This document shows positions 31,124 to 40,608 of a stretch of 64,000 nucleotides of DNA, piece after piece (position 1 is the stretch's first letter; each line of letters begins with the position of its first letter). Made by a program: the position numbers and the translations under genes. The notes under the pieces are model-generated. The model was not told the DNA's origin. It saw only the letters and a program-made list of their open reading frames with translations, and did no database searches. The DNA lies in assembly GCA_963674755.2 (NCBI GenBank), contig CAXXVS010000002.1, positions 2,144,001-2,208,000 on the forward strand. The letters are read 5' to 3'. The DNA comes from Desulfobacterales bacterium (GTDB lineage: Bacteria; Desulfobacterota; Desulfobacteria; Desulfobacterales; UBA5852).

Positions 31124-31795
31124 TTAGATACCCATGTTGCGGCACAGCACCCGCGTCGTGTATGACCGTTCGACAAGACCTTCTTTTCCGGCGTTTTCCT
31201 CCACCGTCATACTTATCTGGACGGAACGAATCTCTTCCAGATCGCTGGTTTCGAGACCGTCTTCATTGAAATAGCGAAACCGTAACGCCGTTACATCGTT
31301 CACCAATTGCTGGGTAGATTGAACGGGTGCGCCGGTATACAAACGAAGATTCAAGGATTGCGTGGCGGCTTCGTAGTAGTAATTGACATTTTCGAAGTTA
31401 TCATCGTCGATTTTACCGTTGGCCTCTTCTTCCCCGTCCGGCACTCGATCACAAGTAAAGCGGATCGATGTTGCCCCCGCTTCCTGGAAGCCGGCTTCGG
31501 GCAATCCGTTGGCATCCAAGCCTTGAAGCTCCCGCGTGGGATCCAGGCCGGCCAAGCGAATGTCGTTGGCCATTACTTCGACCGCCATCCGCACGACCTG
31601 CTGAGCGCTCGAGGCCACGTCGGTCGCGGTATAGGATCGGCTTAAAGGAAGCAAAACAGTCATGGCCGCCGCTATGAAAACCCCCATCATGGCGATTGTA
31701 ACGAGGACCTCAATAAGCGTAAAACCGGATTCGCGGCTCTGCTTCAACATAAAGCCATTCCAATCGTTGTACGTGCATTGTCTCATAGCTTCCAC
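31124..31795 (-). CDS. pilW: Minor pilin PilW-like (start may be 31750)
   Basis: SG|FTLIEVLV prepilin site; DIRLAGLDP. Confidence 0.85.
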   Translation of the reverse strand: MEAMRQCTYNDWNGFMLKQSRESGFTLIEVLVTIAMMGVFIAAAMTVLLPLSRSYTATDVASSAQQVVRMAVEVMANDIRLAGLDPTRELQGLDANGLPEAGFQEAGATSIRFTCDRVPDGEEEANGKIDDDNFENVNYYYEAATQSLNLRLYTGAPVQSTQQLVNDVTALRFRYFNEDGLETSDLEEIRSVQISMTVEENAGKEGLVERSYTTRVLCRNMGI

Positions 31796-32211
31796 CGTTC
31801 ATAAGTCAGTGATTTGAGCTCAAAGGTTCGATCCCCCCCGTGGGCCGCGTGCCATTGCACCTGGACAGTCACTTCTCGCGCATAACTGTCCAAGGGAGCG
31901 GCCGGCGCTTCGATCGTAGTCGTACGGTTGTAAATACCGCCTGGGTTGCCGTCTCCATCGAGATTGTTTTCCACGACGGGACTAGCCAAAGCGTCCAGAT
32001 CGTCGAACGCCATGGTTTTGATCTCTTCCATCCTCTGATTTGCCAACATGGTCGCCTGGCTGGTCATATTGCCCACAGCGGTATTGCGTACCGAAAGCAT
32101 CTGCATACGGGCGACCGCCAAAAGACCAATGGCGAAAATACTGATACCGATCAATACTTCGATGACGGTGAACCCGGACTCCGCCGATTTTTGTCCTTGA
32201 ATCTGTGTCAT
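31783..32211 (-). CDS. pilV: Minor pilin PilV-like
   Basis: SG|FTVIEVLIGISIFAIGLLAVARMQ...ATMLANQRMEEIK. Confidence 0.85.
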   Translation of the reverse strand: MTQIQGQKSAESGFTVIEVLIGISIFAIGLLAVARMQMLSVRNTAVGNMTSQATMLANQRMEEIKTMAFDDLDALASPVVENNLDGDGNPGGIYNRTTTIEAPAAPLDSYAREVTVQVQWHAAHGGDRTFELKSLTYERWKL

Positions 32212-32244
32212 GCTTGCTCCTTTGCCATCACTCCCCTGATCGGT

Positions 32245-32715
32245 CTATAGATGTTCCATCCGTACACGCCCGAACGAACTGACGACAACACTGTAACGCT
32301 CACCACCTGGCGAGGTCATGGTAATCGTTCCGGTACTGCTTGGCCCGTTGGCCATGCCGCGCGAGTTGAACGCCATATCCTGGCCGACGAAAGTGTTATT
32401 CGTAATGGTTACGCCCGGGGATAGTGTTCTTGAGGCAATGATGTCTTCGCCGCCGTCTCTAATGCCGTTGCCATTGGTATCCACAAAAGCCTGGTAGGAG
32501 GTTGTATCGGGAAAAGTCACCACCACGTTGGTGTTGTGTTTGATGGCCCGCAGCTTGGCCGATTCAAAAACAGCGCGGAGTTCGCTGGCATCCCCCTTGA
32601 CCTTGGATCGATCACGCCATGCCAGAAAAGACGGTGTTATGACACCTGCAAGCACACCGAAAATGGCGATGACGATCATAAGTTCAAGAAGTGTAAATCC
32701 TTTATTGCGCGACAT
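32245..32715 (-). CDS. fimT: FimT/FimU (GspH-like) minor pilin
   Basis: KG|FTLLELMIV, AKLRAIK, AFNSRG, SSFGRVR; GAGGAGG RBS. Confidence 0.87.
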   Translation of the reverse strand: MSRNKGFTLLELMIVIAIFGVLAGVITPSFLAWRDRSKVKGDASELRAVFESAKLRAIKHNTNVVVTFPDTTSYQAFVDTNGNGIRDGGEDIIASRTLSPGVTITNNTFVGQDMAFNSRGMANGPSSTGTITMTSPGGERYSVVVSSFGRVRMEHL

Positions 32716-32749
32716 GTTTCCTCCTCACAGAAATGGATACTGGCGTATG

Positions 32750-32766
32750 AAGCAAAAAATATTCCA
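32750..32766 (-). promoter_or_regulatory. Putative sigma54 -24/-12 promoter of the minor pilin operon
   Basis: Minus strand TGGAATATTTTTTGCTT (GG-N10-GC), 35 nt upstream of the fimT ATG. Confidence 0.6.
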
Positions 32767-33255
32767 TAACCATTGATAAAAACATCCGGATTCGCACATA
32801 ACTGCTATCAATATTTTTAACTTTTCGTATTTATTTGATTTTTGTATAAGGATGGGCCGACTCTCATTATTCCAAAAACCTGTCTGCCATTGACAATCGA
32901 GGGAAAAATCCGCTGGGTATTAAAAAATTTTGATCGCCCATTAACTTTTTTAATACTTTGTAAATTGCCCGTGCTATGGGGAAGGATGGCCTAACACAAG
33001 TGAAGACGCAGCGTTTGATCGTAGACACAACGGAACTCATTCGCAAACGCAGCCATGGGGGAAAACAAGGGAAATCGAATCGGCAATACACTAACAATTG
33101 CTGCTTTGACATAAAATTATGGATAAGACAGGGGCCTTACGATAGATGAGTTCCGTGCCCGCAATTTATAGCGGTCAGGTCCTGTTTAAGCCTTATAGCG
33201 ATAGCAAAACGCAATGTTATGCTCAGGCGACCGCGAATCCAGGCAGGACAGGGCA

Positions 33256-34077
33256 TCAAGCCTGAAGCCGGACGACCGCGTTTCGAAATAGCTGAACACC
33301 CGGCGCCAGGCCGTCCGGCAGGGGCACTTGCCCGTAGCGTCGATGGTCGTCGCACCGACGGGTCCACAAAGGATGATTAGTCCAGTGGTTATAGGCTTCA
33401 GGGTGCGGCATCAACCCAAAAACGCGACCGGTGGGATCGCAAATGGCGGCCACATCCTCCAGAGAGCCATTCGGGTTGAACGGGAAGGCCTCGGCGGCAG
33501 GCGTACCGTCCGGTTTTGCATAACAGGCCACGATCTGATGATTGGCCTCCAGCCGGGACAGAATCTCCGGGGCGGTGTAAAACTTGCCTTCTCCATGGCG
33601 GATGGGCAAATCAATCTGATCGATGCCCTCTGTGAACACACAAGGCGTTTGCGGGTTTATTTTAAGGGTTACCCAATCGTCGCGGAAATTGCCGCAATCG
33701 TTATTGGTCAGTGCGACGGAGCGGGTTTGGTAATCGCCGTCGAAGCCGGGCAGCAGGCCCAGGTTGACCAATGTCTGAAACCCGTTGCAGATGCCGATCA
33801 CCAGACGTTGATCGTCCACAAAAGACTGCAACTGATCCCCGATGTTGGTGCGCATACGTACGGCCTGGAGTACCCCGGCGCCATGGTCGTCACCCCAGCT
33901 GAATCCCCCCCCGAAGGCCAGGATCTGAAAATCGTCAAGACGCGCGGAACCGTCGATAAGGGCATTGATATGTACACGCTCGGTTTCGGCACCGGCCAGC
34001 TCCAGCGCATGGGCGGTTTCCAGGTCGCAGTTCAGTCCAAACCCGGTCAATACGAGGGCACGTATTTTGACAGTCAT
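33256..34077 (-). CDS. purQ: FGAM synthase glutaminase subunit
   Basis: GGFSWGD, GICNGFQ, HGEG, GLMPHPE. Confidence 0.95.
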   Translation of the reverse strand: MTVKIRALVLTGFGLNCDLETAHALELAGAETERVHINALIDGSARLDDFQILAFGGGFSWGDDHGAGVLQAVRMRTNIGDQLQSFVDDQRLVIGICNGFQTLVNLGLLPGFDGDYQTRSVALTNNDCGNFRDDWVTLKINPQTPCVFTEGIDQIDLPIRHGEGKFYTAPEILSRLEANHQIVACYAKPDGTPAAEAFPFNPNGSLEDVAAICDPTGRVFGLMPHPEAYNHWTNHPLWTRRCDDHRRYGQVPLPDGLAPGVQLFRNAVVRLQA

Positions 34078-37070
34078 ACCAGATCTCCAAAGGGTTTTTT
34101 CCAGGCGGCCTGTAGCCGGTCAAGGGGCAGATCGACCAGTGCCTGGCCGTCATGGCCGCTGATCACCATGCGGGGCGCCTCGGTGACAACACCGAGGCAG
34201 CCGCAGGCATGCTTGCCCATGGTCTCTTCAAACGCTTTCTGGGATTGCGGCGGGACCGTCACCAGAAAACGGCCGGCCGACTCGGAAAAGAGCAGCTTGT
34301 CTTCCCTTAGCGATGTCTCCACAGGGATCTGGGGCAGGTCGAGCTGGAGTCCCAACCCTCCGGCCAGGGCCGCTAATACGGCATGAACGGCCAGGCCACC
34401 CCGGTAGATACCCCGCACCGATGCCACCAGGGAGGTGCTGATCGCCGTCTGCAAATCGCGGTAAAGGGGCTGGAAGCTCTCAGATCGCACCTGGGGTACG
34501 TTCTGCCCCACATAGCCAAGGTGCTCATAATATTCCGAGCCCCCCAGCTCATCCCGCGTCGTTCCCAGCAGGTAGACCAGATCCCCGGGCGCCTTGAGGT
34601 CCATGGTCATGCAGCAGGTGATGTCCGGCACCAGAGACAGGGCACTGAATTGAATGGTTTCCGGCGCGGACACCTTATGGCTGATGCCGTAACGGCCAGG
34701 CAAGTTGCCGTCCACATACATGCTGTCCTTGCCGGACAGCAGCGGAATGCCATAGGCCAGACAGGTGTCGCGCAAGGCCCGGCAGGCCCTCACCAACTGG
34801 GCCGCCTTGAACTTGCCGTCGGGATTTTTGTCCGGATGGTACTGAATGTTGGGCCAGCAGAAATTATCCACGCCGCCCACATGGTCGACAGCCCCGCCTA
34901 CGGCGATGACCCGCCGCAGGGCTTCGTCGATGGTGCAGGCCGTCATGTGATAGGCATCCACCGCCGAATAGGTCGGCAAAAGCGCCTGTGAAAAAGCCAG
35001 CCCGCTGCGGCTTGCCAGTACGGGCCGAATCACGGCCGCGTCGCTGGGCACATCGCGGTTGACGCCCACAAGCGGCTTGACGACGCTGCCGCCCTGAACT
35101 TCATGGTCGTACTGGCGCACGACCCATTCCTTGGAACTTACGTTGGGCCGGGCCATCATATCCAGCAGAAGCTGGGCATAATCCGACGGCGGTCCCAATA
35201 CCGGCTCCCGCAAGCCCCGGGCTTCCGGAGGCAACCACTCGGCGTCGAATTCCCATTGGGGAAAGCCGGATTCGAGAAAGTCCAAATCGACGTAGGCGCA
35301 CGTTTTATCGTTGTATTGGATGTGGAGCTTGCCCGAATCGGTATACCTTCCGATGACGGTGCTCTCCACGGCATGCCGGCGTGATAGCGCCATGAAGCGT
35401 TCCACATCCTCCGGTCGGACCGCAACCGTCATTCTTTCCTGGGATTCCGATACCCAGATCTCCCATTGATCCAGGCCTTCATATTTGAGCGGCACTTTTT
35501 CCAGATTCACGGCACATCCGTTGGAAAACTGGGCCGATTCGCCGATGGAAGACGACAGGCCACCGCCGCCGTTATCCGTAATGAACTGGATCAAGCCCTC
35601 GTCGCGGGCTTCCAGGAGAAAATCATGCATCTTCTTCTGGGTGTATGGGTCGCCGATCTGCACATGCCCGGCCGGCGTATGTTCGGAGAAGATTTCCGAA
35701 GAAGCCGTCACCCCGTGGATACCATCCTTGCCCACGCGGCCGCCGCACATGATGATGCAGTCCCCGGGGGTGGTGGTCTTCTGATCGGCCGGCGTGTCCC
35801 CCACCTTGGCCGGCATGAGACCGATCGCCGTCACGAATACCAGGCATTTGCCCAGATATCCCGGGTTGAACAGGATATGACCGAAAGTGGTCGGGATACC
35901 GCTTTTATTGCCCCCGTCCCGCACGCCTTCGATGACACCGTCCAGCAGGCGCCGGGGGTGCAGGTGAGGCTGAAGGTCCCCGTCGTAATCCCGCGGTCCC
36001 ACGCAATAGCCGTAGCCGCCCATCAGCAGTCGGGAGCCTTTGCCGGTTCCCAGAGGATCGCGGTAGACCCCCACGATACCGGTGATGGCCCCGCCGTAAG
36101 CCTCCATATTGGAGGGTGAGTTGTGGGTCTCACCGGTGATGACATAGAAGTGGTCCTCATCGAAACGGCCGATACCGGCATTGTCCCACAGGACCGACAC
36201 CACCCAGTCCTTTTCAGCCTGCAGCTTCAGGGTCGGCGCTTCGATGCAGGTCTTGAAAAGGCTGTCGATGTCTTCGGAAAATCCGGTCAGGGGTTCGGTG
36301 TAGTGAAACAGACCCCGAAAGGTATTGTGGTTGCAGTGATCGCTGCGGGCCTGGGAGATATATTCCAGCTCCAGGTCGGTGGGGTCGGACAAACCCACCC
36401 GGCGGCGCGCCGCCTGGACGCTCTCTTTTAGAAAGTACCGGCGAATCGTGGGAATGTCGTTGGGATTCAGCGCCAGGTTGCGTTCATCGCTCACGGCCTG
36501 CAGATGACGGTCGCTGTCGATGGGAATGGTGCTCACGGTGGGGGTATGGTCCAGCTTTACTTTGGGGAGGATGATGCCGACGCCTTGGGCGGGATCCCAG
36601 GCTTCGGCCTGGAAGACTTTCCATTGCTGGATAATATCATTGGCCAGGAGATCCCCGGCGATCTTGCGGGCGTCTTTTTCAGTCAGGCTCTGGCCTACCA
36701 GGCAGTAACGTTTGGAGGTGTACAACCCCTCCCCCGCGGCCAAGCGAATCCCCAGAATATCTTCGATGGCTTCCTTGCCCGTGCTGCCGGGATTGTCGCG
36801 TACCCCGGGGCGAAACCCGATCCAAACCGTCCAGTCAAAAGCCACCGGCAGCGGTTCGTAGGAGGACAGCTGGGTTACCGGATTGGTGAACACTTCCCCG
36901 CGAACGATGTCAAGCTGCTCCGGCGACAGATCGGCATCGATGGTGATGATCGATACGGTGCGCACCGTATCCAGCCGGATGCCGAAATAGTCCCATGCTT
37001 TGCGGCGAAGGGTTTCGCCCTCGGCATCGAACAATTCCGGTTTCAGGGTGACTTCAAGGCGATGAGGCAT
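34074..37070 (-). CDS. purL: FGAM synthase PurL with N-terminal PurS-like region
   Basis: SDHCNH, ETHNSPS, DNGGGGLSS, SESQERM, QYDHEV, SGKDSM, LFSES. Confidence 0.95.
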   Translation of the reverse strand: MPHRLEVTLKPELFDAEGETLRRKAWDYFGIRLDTVRTVSIITIDADLSPEQLDIVRGEVFTNPVTQLSSYEPLPVAFDWTVWIGFRPGVRDNPGSTGKEAIEDILGIRLAAGEGLYTSKRYCLVGQSLTEKDARKIAGDLLANDIIQQWKVFQAEAWDPAQGVGIILPKVKLDHTPTVSTIPIDSDRHLQAVSDERNLALNPNDIPTIRRYFLKESVQAARRRVGLSDPTDLELEYISQARSDHCNHNTFRGLFHYTEPLTGFSEDIDSLFKTCIEAPTLKLQAEKDWVVSVLWDNAGIGRFDEDHFYVITGETHNSPSNMEAYGGAITGIVGVYRDPLGTGKGSRLLMGGYGYCVGPRDYDGDLQPHLHPRRLLDGVIEGVRDGGNKSGIPTTFGHILFNPGYLGKCLVFVTAIGLMPAKVGDTPADQKTTTPGDCIIMCGGRVGKDGIHGVTASSEIFSEHTPAGHVQIGDPYTQKKMHDFLLEARDEGLIQFITDNGGGGLSSSIGESAQFSNGCAVNLEKVPLKYEGLDQWEIWVSESQERMTVAVRPEDVERFMALSRRHAVESTVIGRYTDSGKLHIQYNDKTCAYVDLDFLESGFPQWEFDAEWLPPEARGLREPVLGPPSDYAQLLLDMMARPNVSSKEWVVRQYDHEVQGGSVVKPLVGVNRDVPSDAAVIRPVLASRSGLAFSQALLPTYSAVDAYHMTACTIDEALRRVIAVGGAVDHVGGVDNFCWPNIQYHPDKNPDGKFKAAQLVRACRALRDTCLAYGIPLLSGKDSMYVDGNLPGRYGISHKVSAPETIQFSALSLVPDITCCMTMDLKAPGDLVYLLGTTRDELGGSEYYEHLGYVGQNVPQVRSESFQPLYRDLQTAISTSLVASVRGIYRGGLAVHAVLAALAGGLGLQLDLPQIPVETSLREDKLLFSESAGRFLVTVPPQSQKAFEETMGKHACGCLGVVTEAPRMVISGHDGQALVDLPLDRLQAAWKKPFGDLV

Positions 37071-37088
37071 GACGAGAACCTCTCTGGA

Positions 37089-38147
37089 CTAGAGGTGGAT
37101 AATGTCGTTATAGATCACGAAAATCATCAACAGAATCAGCAAAAAAATACCAAACTGCTGGGCAATTTCCCGGACCTTGATGCTTACCGGCCGCCGGCTG
37201 ATCATCTCGATGGTGAAGAAAAGCAAATGCCCGCCGTCCAGAACCGGTATCGGGAGAAAATTCAGTATCCCCAGATTGATGGAAATGACCGCCGTAAAGA
37301 CCATCAAATTCATCATGCCTTCTTTTGCTTGGGCACCGGCCATCTGAGCGATCTTGATGGGGCCGCCCAGGGTGGCGGCGGGCAGCTTACCCTGGATCAA
37401 TTTCACCACGCTCAATACCGTCAACTCGGTGATCTCCCAGGTTCGGGCAAAGCTCATTTGCACGGCATCCACGAAGGACAATTTCTTGGGAATCACATCG
37501 CCGGCCGAACGGATGCCGATAACATAGCGCTGGACATCCTCGCCGAAGAGATTCTGGGTGGTCGTAAGTTCGGGGCGCAGGTCGAGGGTCAGGCGCCGGC
37601 CGGCCCTCTCCACCACGACCGCCAGCGGCCGCCCCCCGCTTTCGGTAATCTGCGCCGCCATGTCCTCCCAGCTGCTGACCGCTTTACCATTGATGGCGAC
37701 GATCAAATCATCCTTTTGCAGACCGGCACGGGCGGCTGGCGACGGTGTATCCACTTCGCCCACCAAAGGCCGCAGAACATAGGTTCCGGAGATTTGAAAC
37801 ACCAGAAAAAAAATGATCACGGCCAGCAGCAGATTGAAAAATGGACCGGCGGCCACAATGAGAAAACGTTTAAAAACGCTTTTGTGGGTAAACGACTTGG
37901 GGATCAGGTAGGGTTCAATCTCCGAATCCGGCTCCTCGCCGACCATTTTGACATAGCCCCCCAAGGGGATCAGGGATATACGGTAATCGGTCATCCCGAA
38001 GGTCTTGCCGACGATGCGCGGGCCGAACCCCAGGGAGAATTTCTCGACACCGACCCCGAATAGGCGTGCCACCAGAAAATGGCCCAGCTCGTGGAAAAAA
38101 ATCAAGATCCCGAGAACGACGATGAATGCGAAAACACTGGTACTCAT
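37089..38147 (-). CDS. rseP: RIP metalloprotease RseP
   Basis: HELGH, PLGGYVKM, PDZ domain, NFLPIPVLDGG. Confidence 0.96.
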   Translation of the reverse strand: MSTSVFAFIVVLGILIFFHELGHFLVARLFGVGVEKFSLGFGPRIVGKTFGMTDYRISLIPLGGYVKMVGEEPDSEIEPYLIPKSFTHKSVFKRFLIVAAGPFFNLLLAVIIFFLVFQISGTYVLRPLVGEVDTPSPAARAGLQKDDLIVAINGKAVSSWEDMAAQITESGGRPLAVVVERAGRRLTLDLRPELTTTQNLFGEDVQRYVIGIRSAGDVIPKKLSFVDAVQMSFARTWEITELTVLSVVKLIQGKLPAATLGGPIKIAQMAGAQAKEGMMNLMVFTAVISINLGILNFLPIPVLDGGHLLFFTIEMISRRPVSIKVREIAQQFGIFLLILLMIFVIYNDIIHL

Positions 38148-38224
38148 TGGATTGACAGACGCTTTCCGAAGGCTGTCCCGGACCGTGCCGGGCGCATATG
38201 ATGGTAGTGGATTATTGCGAAGGG

Positions 38225-38253
38225 ATCATAAGGGAATTGACGTGAAACTTCAA
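38225..38253 (-). promoter_or_regulatory. Putative sigma70 promoter for rseP-purL-purQ
   Basis: TTGAAG-N17-TATGAT on the minus strand. Confidence 0.5.
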
Positions 38254-38400
38254 GCACCAGGTTGGCCCCCTGAAAAGATTGCCGCGGGGACGTAAGACGG
38301 TGCCAGGGCAGCGGGTATGTCAACGTCGGCAGGGACCCCGATGGGGTACCGCTTCCGGTAAAAGCTCCGGATAGCACCGGTTCCCATAGCGCTGCTGAAT

Positions 38401-38545
38401 AGTGCCCCTTCATAAATGGTAGATTTTGGTTTCTGACAAGGCCGCAGCCGACTGGCGCCCACAGGCGTAGCCCGGCTACGCCGAGGACCGACAGGAGGCG
38501 AGAACGCCGCCAGGGGCCAAAAAATGCTATTTATGAAGGGGCACT
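38401..38545. mobile_element. MITE-like element with 17-bp terminal inverted repeats
   Basis: AGTGCCCCTTCATAAAT (38401-38417) and ATTTATGAAGGGGCACT (38529-38545); internal hairpin GGCGTAGCCCGGCTACGCC. Confidence 0.65.
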
Positions 38546-39702
38546 GATATGGCATCCGCGGCCGCCTGCCGGGCCCAACGATCCGCCGCACGGATCGTAT
38601 CGATGTCGGGCTGGGCCACCCAGGCATGCCGGGTCATGACCCCCTCGATGATGCGATGGATATCGGTAAAGGCCAGGCGGCGCTGCAAAAAAGCATGGAC
38701 GGCGATCTCATTGGCCGCATTGAGGACCGCCGGCAGGGTACCCCCCTGACGACAGGCCTCGTAAGCCAGGGCCAGGCAGGGGAACCGCTCCAAATCCGGC
38801 GCTTCGAAGGACAAATTCGCCAGAGCGGTAAAATCAGGATAGTCCAGTTGATGGGGCAGGCGTTTCGGATAGGACAGGGCGTAGCCGATGGGGCCTTTCA
38901 TGTCCGGGATACCGAGCTGGGCCAAAATCGAGCCGTCCACGAAGCCCACCATGGAGTGAATGATGCTCTGGGGGTGAACCACGACTTCGATCTGTTCGGG
39001 CGCCAGCCCGAACAAAAACCGGGCTTCGATAAATTCCAGGCCCTTGTTCATCAGGGTTGCCGAATCAATGGTAATCTTGGCGCCCATGGACCAGTTGGGG
39101 TGTTTGAGGGCATCCTCCGGGTGAATGGTGGCAAATTGGTCGGCCGGCAGGGTGCGAAAGGGCCCTCCGGAGGCCGTTAGAAAGATCCGGTCGACTTCCT
39201 GACGGGGATGGCGTCCGATGCATTGGAAAATGGCGCTGTGCTCGCTGTCCACGGGCAATATGGGCACCCCGGCGGCCGCGGCCCGGGCCATGACAAGCTC
39301 ACCGGCCATGACCAGGGTCTCCTTGTTGGCCAAAGCAATCGGTTTGCCCGCATCGATGGCGGCCAGGGTGGGCATCAAGCCGGCCGCGCCCACCACGCCG
39401 GTCACCACCATGTCGAGATCGGCGAGAGAGGCCGCGGCCGTCATGCCGGATTCGCCCCATAGCAACGCCACATCCAGATCGTCGGGCAAGATTTTCGCGA
39501 GTCGGTCGCGATCGGACTCTTCCAGCACCGCCGCCAGCCGGGGACGAAATTCCGTTATCTGGCCGGCGAGCCGCTCGATATTGCGCCCGGCCGTAAGGCT
39601 AAGGATGCGATAGCGGTCGGGGAACTGCCGCACGATGTCCAGCGTGCTGGTACCGATGGAACCGGTGGCGCCCAAAACCGCCAGATTTTTCTTTGCACTC
39701 AT
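38527..39702 (-). CDS. dxr: 1-deoxy-D-xylulose 5-phosphate reductoisomerase
   Basis: LGATGSIG, LANKE, PVDSEHSA, KITIDSATLMNKGLE. Confidence 0.98.
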   Translation of the reverse strand: MSAKKNLAVLGATGSIGTSTLDIVRQFPDRYRILSLTAGRNIERLAGQITEFRPRLAAVLEESDRDRLAKILPDDLDVALLWGESGMTAAASLADLDMVVTGVVGAAGLMPTLAAIDAGKPIALANKETLVMAGELVMARAAAAGVPILPVDSEHSAIFQCIGRHPRQEVDRIFLTASGGPFRTLPADQFATIHPEDALKHPNWSMGAKITIDSATLMNKGLEFIEARFLFGLAPEQIEVVVHPQSIIHSMVGFVDGSILAQLGIPDMKGPIGYALSYPKRLPHQLDYPDFTALANLSFEAPDLERFPCLALAYEACRQGGTLPAVLNAANEIAVHAFLQRRLAFTDIHRIIEGVMTRHAWVAQPDIDTIRAADRWARQAAADAISVPLHK

Positions 39703-39747
39703 GGTTAGGGGGTTCCTTAGCACCAAGGCATGGAAAAGGTGCCGACT

Positions 39748-40551
39748 TTAGAGCAGAACAATCAGGCCATAGGCCACCGGACCGGCAAACAGCAACGCGT
39801 CGATCCGATCCAGCATGCCGCCGTGGCCCGGTAGAATGCTGCCCGAATCCTTGATGCCGCTGGCCCGTTTCATCTGGGATTCGAACAGATCGCCGACCTG
39901 GCCGGCGGCCCCCACGGCCAGGCAGAAAAGCGCGCCCTTGCCCCAGGCGACGTCAGGGAATACAGCCAACTTCATGATCAGACCGGCCAACAGATTGCCC
40001 CCCAGGCCGCCCAGCGCGCCTTCCACGGTTTTCTTGGGGCTGATGGTGGGACAGAGCTTATGGCGCCCCAGGAAAGTTCCCGTGTAAAGCGCCAGGGTAT
40101 CGCCGGCGAAAACCACGAAAACCAGCGTGAAGATCAATAGGAACCCCTGGGGGGCCTGGCGGATGGGAATCAACAAAACGAGCAGCAGCGGAATGTAGAC
40201 GACCCCCAGGATTTGGCTCCGGACAATATCCAAAACCCGCGGGTCCCGGCCGAAATAGCGCAGGGACAGGACGCCGGACAGGAGGAGATTGGCCGCCAGA
40301 ATTCCCGGGATGAGGTCCAGGCGCCCGGCATGGGCAAGTGCGGTCAGGATCGGCACCATGAGCAGTCCCAGAACCGGAATCGGTCCAGGCAGGGTTTTCT
40401 GCCAGGCGTGGTAGGCAATGCGGTAGTATTCCAGCATCGCAGCCAGCCCCGCCGCGCCGATGAGGAGGACAAACAGGAGACCGCCGCGGTAAAGAATGTA
40501 GACCAGCACCGGGAGCAGCAGAAGGCCTGTAATCCAACGCTTTAAATGCAT
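39748..40551 (-). CDS. cdsA: Phosphatidate cytidylyltransferase
   Basis: ISPKKTVEG, GDLFESQMKR..IKDSG.ILPGHGGMLDRID. Confidence 0.97.
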   Translation of the reverse strand: MHLKRWITGLLLLPVLVYILYRGGLLFVLLIGAAGLAAMLEYYRIAYHAWQKTLPGPIPVLGLLMVPILTALAHAGRLDLIPGILAANLLLSGVLSLRYFGRDPRVLDIVRSQILGVVYIPLLLVLLIPIRQAPQGFLLIFTLVFVVFAGDTLALYTGTFLGRHKLCPTISPKKTVEGALGGLGGNLLAGLIMKLAVFPDVAWGKGALFCLAVGAAGQVGDLFESQMKRASGIKDSGSILPGHGGMLDRIDALLFAGPVAYGLIVLL

Positions 40552-40608
40552 GCTCGCCCTCCTCGCTACGAAAATGGTTTCCGGCCGTTCGCCCGGTGCG
40601 GAGCGCTT

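Noticed and set aside
32780..33250. c-di-GMP riboswitch upstream of the pilin operon
   Set aside because: No GGCAAAC..GAAA..GACGCAAA GEMM signature found.
38144..38413. 6S RNA or an 89-aa ORF between dxr and rseP
   Set aside because: No convincing long 6S-type rod. The ORF starts inside the inverted repeat and has no family features.
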